Assembly: GCA_023231475.1 (NCBI GenBank)
Contig: JALJEE010001081.1
Coordinates: forward strand, 62,001-126,000
Length of the DNA: 64,000 nucleotides
Source: Seison nebaliae
Lineage: Eukaryota
Direction: 5' to 3'
The notes beneath the pieces are model-generated. The model did no database searches. It saw nothing but the letters and a program-made list of their open reading frames with translations, and was not told where the DNA came from. Below are positions 62,255-64,000 of this stretch, in pieces. Both the position numbers and the translations under genes were made by a program. Within the stretch, counting starts at the first letter, position 1. Each line of letters opens with the position of its first letter.

Positions 62255-64000
62255 ATGATTCAAAATTACCATGGTGACGATTTTTTTTATGAATCTAAAT
62301 TCTCCAAAAAGAAATCAAATATGGATCCAAATGACAAAGTGGATTTGTCGACAGTGTTGGAGGAGGATGAACCAGACAGTTCCATGGAGAATGAGGAGAA
62401 ATTCTGTGAGGGAATTTTGAAAATTTCACAACGAAGTTTGAAAGAAACTGAAATTCATTTGTCAAGTCATTCGTTCGATTGTGGCGATGGATTTCATGAG
62501 AGGAAAGAAGATGATGAGAATTATCGATTATCAAATGAAGTGAATAATATGGAATTGGAAGAGATGGATGAAGAATTTGATAAAATGAATATGTCCATCG
62601 AATTAGATGAAGAGGAAAAGAAGATTTATGAATTGTTACGAATGGAACATGATGCAACAATTCAAAGAATTAATCGTTTGTGTGAAAATGAAATCGAAGA
62701 GAGTTTTAATGGGAAAAAGAATAAAGAGGAAAATGAGAAAGTTCTCAATAATAATTTGAATGATCTGGAATTCGATAAGGAGAATCGAACGAACAAAATC
62801 ATCGAATCTATCGATATTGAGAAAGATGAGAGAATGAAAGAATTGGAAAATGAAACAAAGAATTTATTAGATTGTTTAAATAAACAAGCAATTGAACAAT
62901 CTGAAAAGGAGAAGAATATTGAAATGATGGAAGAGAATTTGAAAGCGATCAATTCTAATCAGATGAATGCGGAAGTGAAACAGAAGAGCCTCGAGGCCCA
63001 ATTGGATAGTGTGAAGCAAATCCTTAAAATGGAAATGAAAAAGCAAAAGAAAAGTGAAAATGTCAAAGTGAAAAATTTAGAGGAGAATTTAAATCGAGTT
63101 ATTCATAGTCATCGATCTAGTCCCAAAAGTAATCGATCCATCGATCAACTACCACCAATCCGAAAATCCATCGACATATCTCGAGAACTCTCCAAAATCT
63201 CTTCCTCCTCTGATAATAACACCATCGACGATAATATTCGAAAGACAAATCAAAATTTATCCACCCAAAACACTTTCAACACTGTCTACGAACACCAACA
63301 ACAACAACAATCGAGTGTTAATACTTCCAGTGATGGAATCGTAAAATTAATAAAGACAATTGAAATAGCGAAATTGGGAGAAAAGAGATTGATTAAATCA
63401 GCAAATTTCGATCCGGAAAGTTTCGTCACTGTCTCCGATCAACGACCAAATACGGTCGGTGATTTGGTTATAAAAAAAAATTTGAAAAAGAAAACCGAAG
63501 GATTTGATGTCAATCGAGAAATATATTCCAAACAAAAACAAGTCGCCTCTTCCGACACAGCGAACGATATGACTTTATTCTTAGATTATGGTGAGGAGGA
63601 TGATGAAGAAGACGATGATGATGACATAACAAACGATAGAAAATTGACGACTTTATCCATCAGTCGATTTTCGGAAGATCGATTGAGTAGTCGAATTCTC
63701 TCTTCATCGAACCAACAGAAAACCGTCAAATTTTCTTCTTCACCATCACGAACTAATGAGGATGATAAACAGATTTCTTATTATACTCAATTTATTAAAT
63801 CGATTAATAAATGGAAATCCGAACAAGAGATCAATGAAAAGATTCAATTGAATTTAGACAAACAACTCTTCAAATTGAAAGAAGCGAATGAATATCTTTT
63901 TAAAATGGACGAACTAAATGAAATGAACATACCAATCGAACAACATCAAGAAGAAAATTCAAATATATGGAACGAAGAAGATTTTTGGATAGTGAACGAG
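62255..64000 (+). CDS. Acidic, coiled-coil-rich hypothetical protein, 3'-truncated by the window
   Basis: ATG at 62255 opens an E/K/N-rich frame (MIQNYHGDDFFYESKFSKKKSNMDPNDKVDL...). It is absent from the ORF track, consistent with no stop before the window end. Confidence 0.7.
   Translation, partial: MIQNYHGDDFFYESKFSKKKSNMDPNDKVDLSTVLEEDEPDSSMENEEKFCEGILKISQRSLKETEIHLSSHSFDCGDGFHERKEDDENYRLSNEVNNMELEEMDEEFDKMNMSIELDEEEKKIYELLRMEHDATIQRINRLCENEIEESFNGKKNKEENEKVLNNNLNDLEFDKENRTNKIIESIDIEKDERMKELENETKNLLDCLNKQAIEQSEKEKNIEMMEENLKAINSNQMNAEVKQKSLEAQLDSVKQILKMEMKKQKKSENVKVKNLEENLNRVIHSHRSSPKSNRSIDQLPPIRKSIDISRELSKISSSSDNNTIDDNIRKTNQNLSTQNTFNTVYEHQQQQQSSVNTSSDGIVKLIKTIEIAKLGEKRLIKSANFDPESFVTVSDQRPNTVGDLVIKKNLKKKTEGFDVNREIYSKQKQVASSDTANDMTLFLDYGEEDDEEDDDDDITNDRKLTTLSISRFSEDRLSSRILSSSNQQKTVKFSSSPSRTNEDDKQISYYTQFIKSINKWKSEQEINEKIQLNLDKQLFKLKEANEYLFKMDELNEMNIPIEQHQEENSNIWNEEDFWIVNE

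Overview
AT-rich, compact animal (invertebrate) nuclear DNA; the species cannot be identified from this window. I reconstructed spliced genes by hand: the 3' end of a Cys-loop ion channel, NBAS, a small unknown ORF, adrenodoxin (FDX1) divergent from Notchless (NLE1), a SUEL-lectin/CUB/mucin single-pass receptor, an intronless 907-aa putative co-repressor beside a ~21-kb gene desert, RasGRF (about 24 introns), a fasciclin-1-like protein, a PAN-domain protein, two divergent Ly6/three-finger genes, HDDC2, and a coiled-coil ORF running off the end. The standout signal is the splicing code. Of about 45 introns placed by reading frame and homology (mostly 40-60 nt), 44 start with GTT rather than GTR. 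Most lack both +5G and -1G, many have the pyrimidine tract next to the donor, and AAG acceptors are common. This suggests a rewired 5' splice-site recognition system. All family assignments are from recalled motifs, not database searches.
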